The position numbers and the translations under genes were made by a program. The notes beneath the pieces are model-generated. The model saw only the letters and a program-made list of their open reading frames with translations. It had not been told where the DNA came from and did no database searches. Positions 32,827 through 43,513 of a DNA stretch of 64,000 bases are shown piece by piece; positions within the stretch are counted from its first letter, which is position 1, and each line of letters opens with the position of its first letter. The DNA is taken from the NCBI GenBank assembly GCA_964512325.1, contig CAZEGN010000001.1, positions 89,483 through 153,482 on the forward strand, read 5' to 3'. The stretch comes from an uncultured Candidatus Peribacteria bacterium (GTDB lineage Bacteria > Patescibacteriota > Gracilibacteria > RBG-16-42-10).

Positions 32827-35346
32827 ATGCATCCTCAACGTCTTTATCTCAAAAACTTTCTCAGCTACGGCGCACAAGGTACTGAAATCGACTTCACACC
32901 ATATCAAACTGTATTGCTCATCGGAGCAAATGGCGCAGGTAAGAGTTCTATTCTTGATGCCATTTTATGGACACTATGGGGAAAAACACGTTTTGGCAGT
33001 GATACTGATGTAATGCATAGTGGTAGCAGTGATATGGAGGTTCGTTTAGATTTTCAAATCAACTCCTACAACTACCGCATCATTCGTAAACGCAGCAAAA
33101 AAGGCAAAGGATTTGTATCAGTATTAGAGCTACAGAGCCTGACTGAACCGATAACTGTTCTAACAGATGCCACGATCAGCAAGACGCAGGAGAGAGTAAA
33201 CGAACTGATCGGAGTCGACTATGAATTATTGGTTAGTTCAGCGTTTTTGCGCCAGGGAGATGCGGCAGAATTCACCCACAAATCTCCTAGTAAAAGAAAG
33301 GAACTACTATCTTCAATTTTACACCTGGATCAATATCAGCGGTGGCATGAAGAAACCAAATTGGAACTGAAAGAGATTGAAAGCAGTTTGCTTGCCACCC
33401 AGGGGCAACGAGAGTATTTGCTGTCTGAAAAAAACCGCCTACAGAGTGAAATAGCAGCTTTAGAAAAAGAACTCAGTGACAATAATGTTGGCCAATTAGA
33501 AAAGCTGATTGAGGAAACTCAAGCAGAAATTAAGAAACAGGCAGATAGTATTCAAAGCCAGAAAGAAAAAGCTGAAAGAATAAAACTTTTACAGAGCTCT
33601 TTTGAGCAAACAAATAAAAAGTTACAACAAACCCAGAAAAAGCTTGACCAATTAACAATTCAAAAGAACAACGCTCAAAGCAATGGTACTGATGTGAAGC
33701 CAATAGATCACGATTTACTGCAACATTTAACAAATGAATTGGAAAAGTTACAGAAAGACTTAGCACAAAAAGAGGCCATCAATCAAACTATTGTGTTTTT
33801 AGAAAAACAGCTGGCTCAACTAACTAGCCAATATTCAAACAGTACGGCAATTCTACAAAAAGAGCTAACACGCCTAGAGAGCCTGCCAGCCGTGTTAGCA
33901 GCACAAGCAATACCTGACCACAACATTTCTGAGTTACAAACTAATTTGCAAAAGACAATTGAGGAAACCAATCAAAAACTTATAAGCTACAGTGAGAAAA
34001 TTGCTACATTAGACTTTGAGCTCAACGCCACCGTCAGCAGCGGTAATGCGATTAAGGAAAAAAAACAAAAACTTGAGCAATTAGATCACAATTGTCCTCT
34101 GTGCGAGCAGGCAATCGATGATAACCATAAAAGAGAAATAGCAGAAAAGTATGAGACTGAACGGGCCCAACTGTTAGCGCATTATAATGACATAAAACAA
34201 CAAAAAGAGATCGTAGAAGCCAACAAAAAAACAACTCAGACAGAGCTTGAGCAACAGCGGGCAAGGCTTGCCGAAATAAATAAAGCAGCTGAAGGCACAA
34301 TACTTATTACACAGCTACAAAATCTTCATTTAAGATTACAACAAGAAGCTGAAACTTATAAAAGTCAACATGATTCGCTCGAGCAATCACTTCACGATCA
34401 CAAAGCTCAAGTGACTGCACTATCTTTGAATTTATCCCAGTTTGATACAACAAAGGAACAAGTTAATAAGCTACAAAAGCAGGATGCGTTATATCGTAAA
34501 CACCAAGAGTTAGCTTTAACGATAAAAAGCTTAGAAAAGGAAATCGAGCTACTAGAATTGAATGTACAAGCTGAATATGAAGAACAGACACATATTCAGC
34601 ATCAAATTCAAGCTATTCAAGCAGAGTTAAGCCCCCCAGGTAATGAGGAAACAGCATTAACCAAAAGCCAAGAAAGGCTCAAGCTTCTAGAAGAGCAACA
34701 GGAAGAAATCAAGCAAAGACAGACCCAGCTTGCACATCTCAAAAAAGATTGTGAGCGTATTGAAGACACTCTTACCACGCAAGAACAACAAGACCAAGAA
34801 CTACTTAAAAATCGTGAAACATTGACAGTTTTAGCAGAGGCTCTTAGCTACAGAGGCATACCAACCATGATTATTGAAGAAGCAATCCCCCGTTTAGAGC
34901 AATACGCAAATGATATATTGAGCTTTCTTTCAGATAATACAATGTCAGTTCGTTTCAGTCTCAGTCGAACCAGTAAAACTGATAAGGACAATCAAATTGA
35001 GACACTAGATATTCTTATTGGTGACACATTCGGTACTAGAGCCTATGAACTATTTAGTGGAGGTGAAGCATTTAGAATTGATATTGCGCTCCGCTTAGCA
35101 CTAACTAAGTTATTAACTGAACGCAGCAATGGAAAGATTGATTTTTTAGTAATCGATGAGGGCTTCGGATCTCAAGACGAAAGTGGCAAAGATCATGTTA
35201 TGCAAATCATCCACAAGCTAGAAAGGTATTTCAAACTCATCATTATTATTACTCATGTCGATTCATTAAAAGAGACCTTCCCCGACCGCTTATTAGTCAA
35301 GAAAGGCCCTTATGGCTCAGAAGTAATGGTCGATCAAGAAGATTAA
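32827..35346 (+). CDS. sbcC: SbcC/Rad50-family ATPase
   Basis: Walker A GANGAGKSSILDAI, long coiled coil with Zn-hook CPLCEQ, signature SGGEAFR and Walker B LVIDEGFGSQD. Confidence 0.75.
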   Translation: MHPQRLYLKNFLSYGAQGTEIDFTPYQTVLLIGANGAGKSSILDAILWTLWGKTRFGSDTDVMHSGSSDMEVRLDFQINSYNYRIIRKRSKKGKGFVSVLELQSLTEPITVLTDATISKTQERVNELIGVDYELLVSSAFLRQGDAAEFTHKSPSKRKELLSSILHLDQYQRWHEETKLELKEIESSLLATQGQREYLLSEKNRLQSEIAALEKELSDNNVGQLEKLIEETQAEIKKQADSIQSQKEKAERIKLLQSSFEQTNKKLQQTQKKLDQLTIQKNNAQSNGTDVKPIDHDLLQHLTNELEKLQKDLAQKEAINQTIVFLEKQLAQLTSQYSNSTAILQKELTRLESLPAVLAAQAIPDHNISELQTNLQKTIEETNQKLISYSEKIATLDFELNATVSSGNAIKEKKQKLEQLDHNCPLCEQAIDDNHKREIAEKYETERAQLLAHYNDIKQQKEIVEANKKTTQTELEQQRARLAEINKAAEGTILITQLQNLHLRLQQEAETYKSQHDSLEQSLHDHKAQVTALSLNLSQFDTTKEQVNKLQKQDALYRKHQELALTIKSLEKEIELLELNVQAEYEEQTHIQHQIQAIQAELSPPGNEETALTKSQERLKLLEEQQEEIKQRQTQLAHLKKDCERIEDTLTTQEQQDQELLKNRETLTVLAEALSYRGIPTMIIEEAIPRLEQYANDILSFLSDNTMSVRFSLSRTSKTDKDNQIETLDILIGDTFGTRAYELFSGGEAFRIDIALRLALTKLLTERSNGKIDFLVIDEGFGSQDESGKDHVMQIIHKLERYFKLIIIITHVDSLKETFPDRLLVKKGPYGSEVMVDQED

Positions 35347-35348
35347 GC

Positions 35349-38300
35349 CTATTTTACAATCACATTCTCTACTGCAGTTGTCCCAAACATATCAGGCGCT
35401 CGCTGTAAAAAGATACGGGCGGGTTTCACTTTATATGCTCCCTGTATTCCAGCTTTCGCTAAGTACGATACCGTATAAACTCCCCTCGGTAGATTATGGG
35501 CATACGTTATGACCCGGTTATCTCTAATTTCTTGATAGTCCCAATTTAACGGTCCAAGCTGTGTTTTGATACTTTGGCGATCAATTTTCAAATTGTTGAT
35601 TTCATCTAACAAGTGCTCTTGCCATGATGACGCAGTGGCAAAGACAAAATTTTGTGCGGTAAGACCAGCAGGCAAATTATCCTCAATCACTGCAAAGTTT
35701 TGATCAGCCGGCACAATCACTGTAAGTTTGACTTGCACGTCCTGACCTCGGTTAAAGGTGGTTAACGGATACAAATGTCCTTTGTCAGCCAGATCATAAT
35801 ATTCACGATATATACTTAATCCCTCAGTCCTTGGCTGAGCATTTTCACCTCTTACCTCATAAGACATATAACCCCAATAATAAAGAGGCCCTGGCGAAGA
35901 TTTCTGAATGACAATGGTATTACTTGCTAGATTTTCTTTTGTTAGAAAAGAAGAAATATCAATATCAGCCACTTGAGTCGATGTGACAACAGGAGTTTCA
36001 TTTACCCATATAGACCAGGTGGTGTTTTCTTGAGTTGTACGGTTTTTTAGCCATTGATTTACCGCCCATATATAGTTGCTATCTCCATAGCCATCATTAT
36101 ATTCCTGTGCCGTACGCGCAATGACAATATACCGCACAAGATCATGGATAATCTGTAAATTGCTCGCTATTTTTTCCTGCATAAACACATTTAGTAGGAC
36201 ACTATTTAAATGGACCTTACTCATTGACTCAGCTAACTCAGAGCTTTCTTCAAAGTGAGCTAAGTTGCCACTCTTAATCAACTTGTTTTTGATAGCGGCA
36301 ATAATTACTTGAGCTTGTTGATCTCGTTTCTGATTTTGAAGTGCCAAAGTTAGGTAGCCTTGACCAATTAGAGGTAGTTCCTGGTAGCGATCAAACAAGC
36401 CCTGAGTGCTTATGCTCGTGTCATCAGAAAGTGTAAGGACATAGGCAATAAAAGCCTTATCAGTTAGCACACTTGCTAGCTGCCTTTGAGCACTTACCCG
36501 CCCCTCAGCGGTAAATGAGGCTTGAACCTCAGAACTTATCTCTGTTGGCGCCTGATAGAAATACTGTGTTACAAATTCCTTAGCTCGATTCAAAATCCAA
36601 TCGTCCACATGCAAACCATTTGTCACGGCAATATGGAATGCAAGTGTGACTTGTGCTGATAAAAAGGGCGAACTCTCGTTATTACCTGGATAATAAGTAA
36701 ATCCCCCATCATTTTGAGCGTATGTATAAAGTTTTTGCAGGACGAGACTAGACTGTTCATTTTTCTGCTGCACTGAAAGATTGTGATTAAGACTCAGTGC
36801 AATTAATTTTGCTGCCAACACATCAGCAGATTCATAAGTGTTTGCATCAATACCCTCATAAAAAGCCCTGGTCGTGTCAAGCAAATTGCTAGTGATATGC
36901 AGACCAGCTTGTACAGTGTCACTAATCACTCCAACTGGTATTATTAACTGTTCAAGCGCCGTATTACTTTCTAGTATGCCCCCAAAAGTTGTAGTCTCCT
37001 TGCTGACCCAAGGAACAACAGGAATGCTTTTTTCTAAAATATCACTGCCCTTTTCATTCTGTAAACTGTAAGTAAATGTTGCTCCGGTTGCCGAAGAATT
37101 TACTTTCGTATCCCAATACACTGTCTGCTGTGATTGACTTCCAATATGTATATTTTGTTTACTACTTTCTATAGTAACATGTTCAGCGTTGAGAGAAATC
37201 GTAGTATCGACTGGTGTACTAGTTTGATTATGGATAACAGCCCCGATTCGTACGCGATCTTCATTGGTCAAAAACCGCGGCAAGATTGGATCAACAAAAA
37301 TACTTTTCTGTGCTACCACCTGAATAGTGGCACTGCCAACATCAGTCTTATCGGTAGCTCCAAATACCCATACCTGCCAAGTCGTAGTATTGTCAGGCAG
37401 TGTGAATTTTATAGTAGCCTTTCCATCGTGATCGGTTACGATATGAGGATTGAAGTAGGCAGTATCTTTGAAGTTCTTTCGCTTTGCTAAGGCATCACTT
37501 CCGCCACCTCCTTTTGTACCGCCAGTTTTTTTCACATCAATTCTTTGAATTAAGTTTACTAAACTCTCATAAGTAGTAACTGCTAATGAACGCTGGCCAA
37601 AGAATCTTTCTAACAAATCAACATCACGCCCACCAGTTAAGGCTAATAATCCCTGGTCAACCACAGCCACAGCAAAGTCACCGCTTACCGGTTGATTTGA
37701 TGCGTCCCTAACTAACATATCGACACTGACAATGTTGCCAGGTTCATAAGCTTTTTTATCAGGCATTAAACTCACAGCGAGTTTACGTGATTCATTGTTG
37801 AGTCTGAGGTTTATATATCCCAGTTTAAAACCAGGAATATTGTCTTTTCCATACCCCTTGACCAAGGTGAGCGATACAAAAACATTAGGCAAGTACTCAG
37901 CTTTAAGCGGCACATCTATAGTGGTAGCAGTTGTTGTTATATCTATCACTTTTTTTTCTAAGATGCCGCTTCTTTCGATGGTAAGTAATCCCTTCACTCC
38001 TTCATATGGTGACTTCACTAGTAGCTTAGCGGTGTCACCAACTTTGTACTCTTCACGATCGGGAATGATTTCCAAGCGATCATTATTATCTCTACCCCAA
38101 CTGATATATGACTCACTACTTGCCCAGATGTCGGTAGCTGATGTAATGACATGTCCTTTACTATCAATAGTACGGACCACGACGTGATATTGTCCCCCCT
38201 CTGGTAGGGCAAATACAATCTGGCCCTTGCCTTCATTATTTGTTGCAAAGGACGATATTTTTACCAAGGTATCATTAAATGAAGTATCATAATAAAAGAA

Positions 38301-41183
38301 GCCATCAATGCCTCGTTTTTTTACTGTTTTGTATTCACGTTTATACATTTGCACTTCTCCCCTAACATTTCCTCTTGGCTTACCTAAAGTTGTAAGTGAT
38401 TGAAGCAAGAAAGTGGCATTTTCTTTTTGCTTTACTACATAATTCTGATTAGCAATGCCTACGTAGAAGTCTCCCTTATGAATAATCACCTCTTTGGTCG
38501 TGTAAATCATTTGCAAGGTATTTGGATCTTCCACGCCGACTTCGATGCTCATTAGCTGTGATTCTTTTTGTTGGTTAAAAGTGGCCGGAATGGTTAACGT
38601 TGCCTGACCACGTTCATCAGTGGTGATAGTTTTTTCAAGCCAGACCTTGCCCGACTCACCAGTCGGATCACAATAAAAGCAGTCTGTCATACTGTCAGAG
38701 AAACTATAGCTCCAAGCACCTCGGTCAAAAAAGTAATCAGCTGAGTATACCCGGTATTTCAACTTTGCATGTGCTAGCGGTGCACCAAAATAATAATTGG
38801 CATTAATAGCAACTTTTACTTCATCATCTCGAATATATTCATCTTGATCCGTGGCAAGCTCCACCTTAAATAAAGGCTTTTGATATTCCTCAACCAAAAA
38901 TGATGTGGCAAAGTGCTCATTTTCAATTTGAGTGGTTAGAGTATAAGTCCCTACTGGAGCGACAGCCGGCAATACAAATGCTTCACTGATTGTGCCATGC
39001 GAATCAGCGATCAGCTCTTTCTCCCAAACACTCTCGCCCTGAGGATTAATGATATTTGTTTTTATTTTTGTACCAGCATTCAGCACTTGATAGTATGTAT
39101 CCAAGTCTTGACGATAAATTCCCTTAAAGAAAACCTCTTGTCCAGGCTGATAAAGAGGCCGATCTGTAGTAATAAATGCTCTTATTGTCTCGGGGGCATA
39201 GCTTTGACTGATATAGTAATTCCACGGTTCAATTCCTTGATTCCAAGTGTAATCGTTTCCAGCGATTGCAAGATCTCCATTATACTCCCCTATCACCAAG
39301 ACGGAAGGCAAACTATAGTAGTTATCTGGGGACTTAGTAAAACCCTCCGGCCAAGTAAAAGCAAAGACACCATCTTGATCTGTATTACCACTGAGCAGCA
39401 CTTTATTTGGACCTGAGAGAATAGAAACCGCAACTCCAGCAATTGGTAAACCAGATTTCAAGTCAGTCGCCCACACTAGACCGCCCTTAGGAAACGTTTT
39501 AAAAGTGAGGGCTGTTTTGCTAACCATAAATGCTTGACTGAGTTTCAGCTGCGTACCGGCCACTGAAGATGCCTGCATAATATATACCCCAGAGTTTTGT
39601 AATCGACTGGTTAAATCAACTGGAATTTCTACCACTTCATTCAATGGGTTGGGCGAAGTAATCTGCCATGTACCTAGGACAACTCCCGCCACCTTTCCGC
39701 TCTGTAAGAAATCCCAAACTTGAGCAGTATCGACTTTTGCAAGTGACAAATTAACTTTTGCCACATTGATGGCTTGTAGCATTTGTTGATATTCAGAACC
39801 ATAACCATCTATTAAACCAAACCGCTGCCTGCCAACGAAAGCAAGATCGGGTGTGACAGGCGCAGTATCAAATTGTAATACAAAGTCATAAGGCATTTTT
39901 TGCCCATATTGGTCTTTCCAATCTTTACTCAATGTTACTTTATAGTGAGTGGAAGGAAGAAAATCGCCACTAATACTCAAACTCTGATTTTCTGATACTT
40001 CAGCCAGGTCATTAAATTGATTCGAGACTCCTGGCTCTATTCTAATAAATTGATCAATATTTTCAGAGCTCATTGGATTAGAGAATGTAATCGCCACTCC
40101 ATATCGAGAAGCACTTTTTGCATTTTGTTCTGGTTGGCTCTGCTGCACGATTGGCAAACCAACAGTTGTAAAAGGCAGGACAAATGGATTTTGCAAAGAG
40201 AACTGTCCTTCTTTTGATTTCAAACCTTGATTAATGGTAACAATAAACTTCGTCTGATATGCCAATGGCTGTTGTGGCGTCAGAATTGCTTGAGTCCCCT
40301 CTTCTTCTAGACGTAGCGCAAAAGAAACCTTCTGATTAGACTCAGCGACTTCCCATTCAATATTCTGCTCTAAAGAGCTTTGATCAACAGCCTGGTTAAA
40401 ACGAATAATTACCTCTGTATTAGGTCCTGCCTTACTGTAATTAGACGATGGATAACTATAAACAATATCAGGATGTGCAGTATCAAACTGCCAAGAAAAA
40501 TTGCTGGCTAAGTTAATGCCATAAATATCTTGCATGCTTTTATCCACCTCCACAGTATAAGTTGTAGCTGGCAAAAGCTGCTCTGGTTGGTACTGTACTG
40601 TATTTGTACCTAACCATTTAAATTGACCTTTCACCGCTGGTGTAATTTTTATTGGCGGGATAAGACTATCTCTGGCCTGTATCGATGTAGCAGGAATCAT
40701 TGCCCGATCAAATACTACTGTAATTGGTGTAGAGCGGTCTTCTACTATAGCCTTGGGCAAACTCATAACAACTGCAGGCGGTCCAGAAATTTCGAATCTT
40801 TGGTAAAAAGACTCTGTCAGCTTCTTTTGAAAAATATCTTGCGCGCTACTATCAATAAACAGTTGATAATCTTTTTGCATTCCCCAGCTGCCACCAGCCG
40901 GTGTAAACACTAACGTATTTCCCTCCCAACTCACGTGACCTTCATGTGTGGGCAAAATACGAAGAGCATTTTCAACACTTCGCTTATCCATCAACCGAGA
41001 AAAGGGAATACGTAGTGGACTGGTGACCTCTATTTTTTGCACTTCACCAACAGCTAACTTTTCTCCTAGTACTTGTGGCGGAGGCAAAAAGTAGACACCA
41101 GCTCCTATCGCGATTAGCCCAATCATTACTACAGCTACACCAAGCAACAATACTTTAGACCACTTGTTTTTTAATATAGACAT
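35349..41183 (-). CDS. alpha-2-macroglobulin-family giant surface protein (1944 aa), no CxEQ thioester
   Basis: N-terminal TM anchor, Ig-like repeats, MG-domain-like beta-rich body and an alpha-helical TED-like region (..YESADVLAAKLIALS..GGFTYYPGNNESSPFLSAQVTLAF..). The only Cys residues are in SMTDCFYCDP, so no Cys-x-Glu-Gln site exists. Confidence 0.7.
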   Translation of the reverse strand: MSILKNKWSKVLLLGVAVVMIGLIAIGAGVYFLPPPQVLGEKLAVGEVQKIEVTSPLRIPFSRLMDKRSVENALRILPTHEGHVSWEGNTLVFTPAGGSWGMQKDYQLFIDSSAQDIFQKKLTESFYQRFEISGPPAVVMSLPKAIVEDRSTPITVVFDRAMIPATSIQARDSLIPPIKITPAVKGQFKWLGTNTVQYQPEQLLPATTYTVEVDKSMQDIYGINLASNFSWQFDTAHPDIVYSYPSSNYSKAGPNTEVIIRFNQAVDQSSLEQNIEWEVAESNQKVSFALRLEEEGTQAILTPQQPLAYQTKFIVTINQGLKSKEGQFSLQNPFVLPFTTVGLPIVQQSQPEQNAKSASRYGVAITFSNPMSSENIDQFIRIEPGVSNQFNDLAEVSENQSLSISGDFLPSTHYKVTLSKDWKDQYGQKMPYDFVLQFDTAPVTPDLAFVGRQRFGLIDGYGSEYQQMLQAINVAKVNLSLAKVDTAQVWDFLQSGKVAGVVLGTWQITSPNPLNEVVEIPVDLTSRLQNSGVYIMQASSVAGTQLKLSQAFMVSKTALTFKTFPKGGLVWATDLKSGLPIAGVAVSILSGPNKVLLSGNTDQDGVFAFTWPEGFTKSPDNYYSLPSVLVIGEYNGDLAIAGNDYTWNQGIEPWNYYISQSYAPETIRAFITTDRPLYQPGQEVFFKGIYRQDLDTYYQVLNAGTKIKTNIINPQGESVWEKELIADSHGTISEAFVLPAVAPVGTYTLTTQIENEHFATSFLVEEYQKPLFKVELATDQDEYIRDDEVKVAINANYYFGAPLAHAKLKYRVYSADYFFDRGAWSYSFSDSMTDCFYCDPTGESGKVWLEKTITTDERGQATLTIPATFNQQKESQLMSIEVGVEDPNTLQMIYTTKEVIIHKGDFYVGIANQNYVVKQKENATFLLQSLTTLGKPRGNVRGEVQMYKREYKTVKKRGIDGFFYYDTSFNDTLVKISSFATNNEGKGQIVFALPEGGQYHVVVRTIDSKGHVITSATDIWASSESYISWGRDNNDRLEIIPDREEYKVGDTAKLLVKSPYEGVKGLLTIERSGILEKKVIDITTTATTIDVPLKAEYLPNVFVSLTLVKGYGKDNIPGFKLGYINLRLNNESRKLAVSLMPDKKAYEPGNIVSVDMLVRDASNQPVSGDFAVAVVDQGLLALTGGRDVDLLERFFGQRSLAVTTYESLVNLIQRIDVKKTGGTKGGGGSDALAKRKNFKDTAYFNPHIVTDHDGKATIKFTLPDNTTTWQVWVFGATDKTDVGSATIQVVAQKSIFVDPILPRFLTNEDRVRIGAVIHNQTSTPVDTTISLNAEHVTIESSKQNIHIGSQSQQTVYWDTKVNSSATGATFTYSLQNEKGSDILEKSIPVVPWVSKETTTFGGILESNTALEQLIIPVGVISDTVQAGLHITSNLLDTTRAFYEGIDANTYESADVLAAKLIALSLNHNLSVQQKNEQSSLVLQKLYTYAQNDGGFTYYPGNNESSPFLSAQVTLAFHIAVTNGLHVDDWILNRAKEFVTQYFYQAPTEISSEVQASFTAEGRVSAQRQLASVLTDKAFIAYVLTLSDDTSISTQGLFDRYQELPLIGQGYLTLALQNQKRDQQAQVIIAAIKNKLIKSGNLAHFEESSELAESMSKVHLNSVLLNVFMQEKIASNLQIIHDLVRYIVIARTAQEYNDGYGDSNYIWAVNQWLKNRTTQENTTWSIWVNETPVVTSTQVADIDISSFLTKENLASNTIVIQKSSPGPLYYWGYMSYEVRGENAQPRTEGLSIYREYYDLADKGHLYPLTTFNRGQDVQVKLTVIVPADQNFAVIEDNLPAGLTAQNFVFATASSWQEHLLDEINNLKIDRQSIKTQLGPLNWDYQEIRDNRVITYAHNLPRGVYTVSYLAKAGIQGAYKVKPARIFLQRAPDMFGTTAVENVIVK

Positions 41184-41319
41184 AGGAAAAGAAATTTATG
41201 GAGAGGTGCGATCTATTTCAGCACCCATTTTACAACTACAATCTACCACCTTGAATTTATAATTGATACTAGCAATCCGCCCGAACTTCTTTTACTCTTT
41301 TCCTCGATGAATAGCATTT

Positions 41320-42342
41320 ATGAAATTTGCATTATTTGGTAGTTATGGCCGAGACAATATTGGCGATGAAGCGATTGCTGATGGCATTCACAAGATGCTA
41401 CAAGAAATTATACCAAGCGCAGAAATCACTCTTTTCACTCACAACATTGAGACAGCAGCTACACTGCATCCCCAATTTTCAGCTATCAAGCCAGTTATCG
41501 CCACAGGACTACGCAGCCTGTTCAGACAGTGGCAAAGCGGTGTTTGGAAAGAGAATATACGTACGTTGCAAGAGTGTGACTACATTATTGTAGGAGGAGG
41601 GGGCATTTTTCACGATTATGAAACTGAGCAGAAAGGGATCAACCCACTTTTCATATGGTGGCTAAGGGTGTTGATTTTTGCTCTTTTAAAAAAACCTATA
41701 CTAATTTGGGCGGTGGGCATTGGCCCAATACATAAGAGCTTTAGCCACTTTTGGCTAAAAGGAATATTAAAGCGCGCTCATACTATCACCGTTCGTGATC
41801 AAGATTCAGCCTTACTCGTTCACAATGTACAGCACACAGCCACAATCGTTCCTGATCCTGTCTGGGGATTATTTCAAAACCAATCCAAGACAAAAGATCC
41901 AACATTAACAATTAATATCAGACCTAATCAGCGCATCCCTTCACTGCAAATTAAAAAGTTGCTCTATGAAAAAATAAGCAGTTTGCAAACGCAATACCAG
42001 TTCCAAAAAATCCAGTTCATCCCTTTTGCGCTAAAGCAGCCTGATGATCGAGAGCTAATGAATGAGTTTGTGAAAGAGTTAGGAGATCGATTTCACATTC
42101 CGGTCACCATTGTTTCTCCACAATCACCACTTGAGGCATTTACACTGATTGCTAAAAGCACAGCCATGATCGCCATGCGTTTTCACAGCTACATCTTTGC
42201 ACAATCAGCACAGTGTCCCTGTATATTATTAAGCTACAGTGCGAAAACTGATGCCATCGCTCAACAAACTTTATTGAAAAACTTAGCTTTACAAAAACAA
42301 GCTCAGGTTTTTTGGCTGCAAATTTTAAGCACAAAGCATTGA
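41320..42342 (+). CDS. polysaccharide pyruvyl transferase (CsaB-like)
   Basis: FGSYGRDNIGDEAIADGI and IIVGGGGIFHD motifs typical of the PS_pyruv_trans family. Confidence 0.65.
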   Translation: MKFALFGSYGRDNIGDEAIADGIHKMLQEIIPSAEITLFTHNIETAATLHPQFSAIKPVIATGLRSLFRQWQSGVWKENIRTLQECDYIIVGGGGIFHDYETEQKGINPLFIWWLRVLIFALLKKPILIWAVGIGPIHKSFSHFWLKGILKRAHTITVRDQDSALLVHNVQHTATIVPDPVWGLFQNQSKTKDPTLTINIRPNQRIPSLQIKKLLYEKISSLQTQYQFQKIQFIPFALKQPDDRELMNEFVKELGDRFHIPVTIVSPQSPLEAFTLIAKSTAMIAMRFHSYIFAQSAQCPCILLSYSAKTDAIAQQTLLKNLALQKQAQVFWLQILSTKH

Positions 42343-42386
42343 TTATCTCATCAAGAAAACCTACTTTATTAAAAAAAATCATCACT

Positions 42387-43496
42387 ATGAAAAAGCTTTT
42401 TATATTCACCCTCATTGCTGTGCTTTTGCTTACCCCTCAATTCAACGTTGAGGCACAAGAAGGAGAGACGACCGTTTACAATTATTTTCTAGTCACGAAA
42501 GCAGCCAATGTTCGCGCTAAGCCCAATATGAATGGCAAAATTATCGGAGGGGTGCACGCGGATGATCTGGTATATGTGTTAACTAGGAATAATGATTGGT
42601 GCAGTGTTGAATTTGAGGGTTACAAAGAAGCTTATATTTATTGTAACTTGCTGGAAGAAGATACGTCAGCTTATGCAGATTATGACTACACCACAAATGA
42701 CTTTCCCCCAGAGACCAGTCTGAATAGTTCTTGGTCCAGCTTTAGCTTAGCCAATCAGGCTTGTGATAAACAAACACAAATCTGTAGTGGCAATTATCAA
42801 ATAAGCATTAGCGGCTACTTCACTGAGAAAGAGCGCGATCGTCAGGACTTAAATCTGCATGTACATGGTAGTTTCGATTTGCTAAATCCTGGAGCCAAAA
42901 AAATGAGTATAAATATCAACGGCTCAGCTGGAAGTATCAGGGATTCAGTGCAAGGTAGTGCTCAGATAATAGCTACATCAACACAAACTTTTATAAAGTT
43001 TGAAAATGTGCTTGGCAAAAAACTCTTTGGCGAATTTCCCTTAGAACAGAATATATGGTTTGCAACTGAAAAAGGCCTATCAACACTAGCAATCAACGAA
43101 CTAAGCAGCATAAGCAATACAGCTGCCTTGCAAGATCTTTTTCCAAATTCTCAATTTATCAATAGCAGTTCTCATAACGGGATAACCGAATTTCATTATC
43201 AGGTACCGCTAAATATCGATGCACTTACTAATTTTGACGCCTTTGAATTTGAAGATATACCTGTACAGGAGTTGGCAATGTTAAAGCCACAGATCAGTCT
43301 AGATTATTGGGTAAATGAGAATAATATGCTTACTCAGATGAGTGCTACAGTCTATCTTGTAGATCCACAAGTACAAGGCAATGAAGCAAAAATAGAGTTT
43401 GCTTTGAAGCTCCAATCAATCAACCAACCAATTCAAATCGAAATCCCCTCGGTTGAAAATACAACTCCTATCTCTCAACACGCCCTTGATTTTTAA
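42387..43496 (+). CDS. secreted protein with N-terminal SH3b-like domain
   Basis: Signal peptide MKKLFIFTLIAVLLL (I prefer the ATG at 42387). ANVRAKPNMNGKIIGGVHADDLVYVLTRNNDWCSVEF is SH3_3-like. Confidence 0.55.
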   Translation: MKKLFIFTLIAVLLLTPQFNVEAQEGETTVYNYFLVTKAANVRAKPNMNGKIIGGVHADDLVYVLTRNNDWCSVEFEGYKEAYIYCNLLEEDTSAYADYDYTTNDFPPETSLNSSWSSFSLANQACDKQTQICSGNYQISISGYFTEKERDRQDLNLHVHGSFDLLNPGAKKMSININGSAGSIRDSVQGSAQIIATSTQTFIKFENVLGKKLFGEFPLEQNIWFATEKGLSTLAINELSSISNTAALQDLFPNSQFINSSSHNGITEFHYQVPLNIDALTNFDAFEFEDIPVQELAMLKPQISLDYWVNENNMLTQMSATVYLVDPQVQGNEAKIEFALKLQSINQPIQIEIPSVENTTPISQHALDF

Positions 43497-43513
43497 TCAG
43501 CAACTACCTTGAT

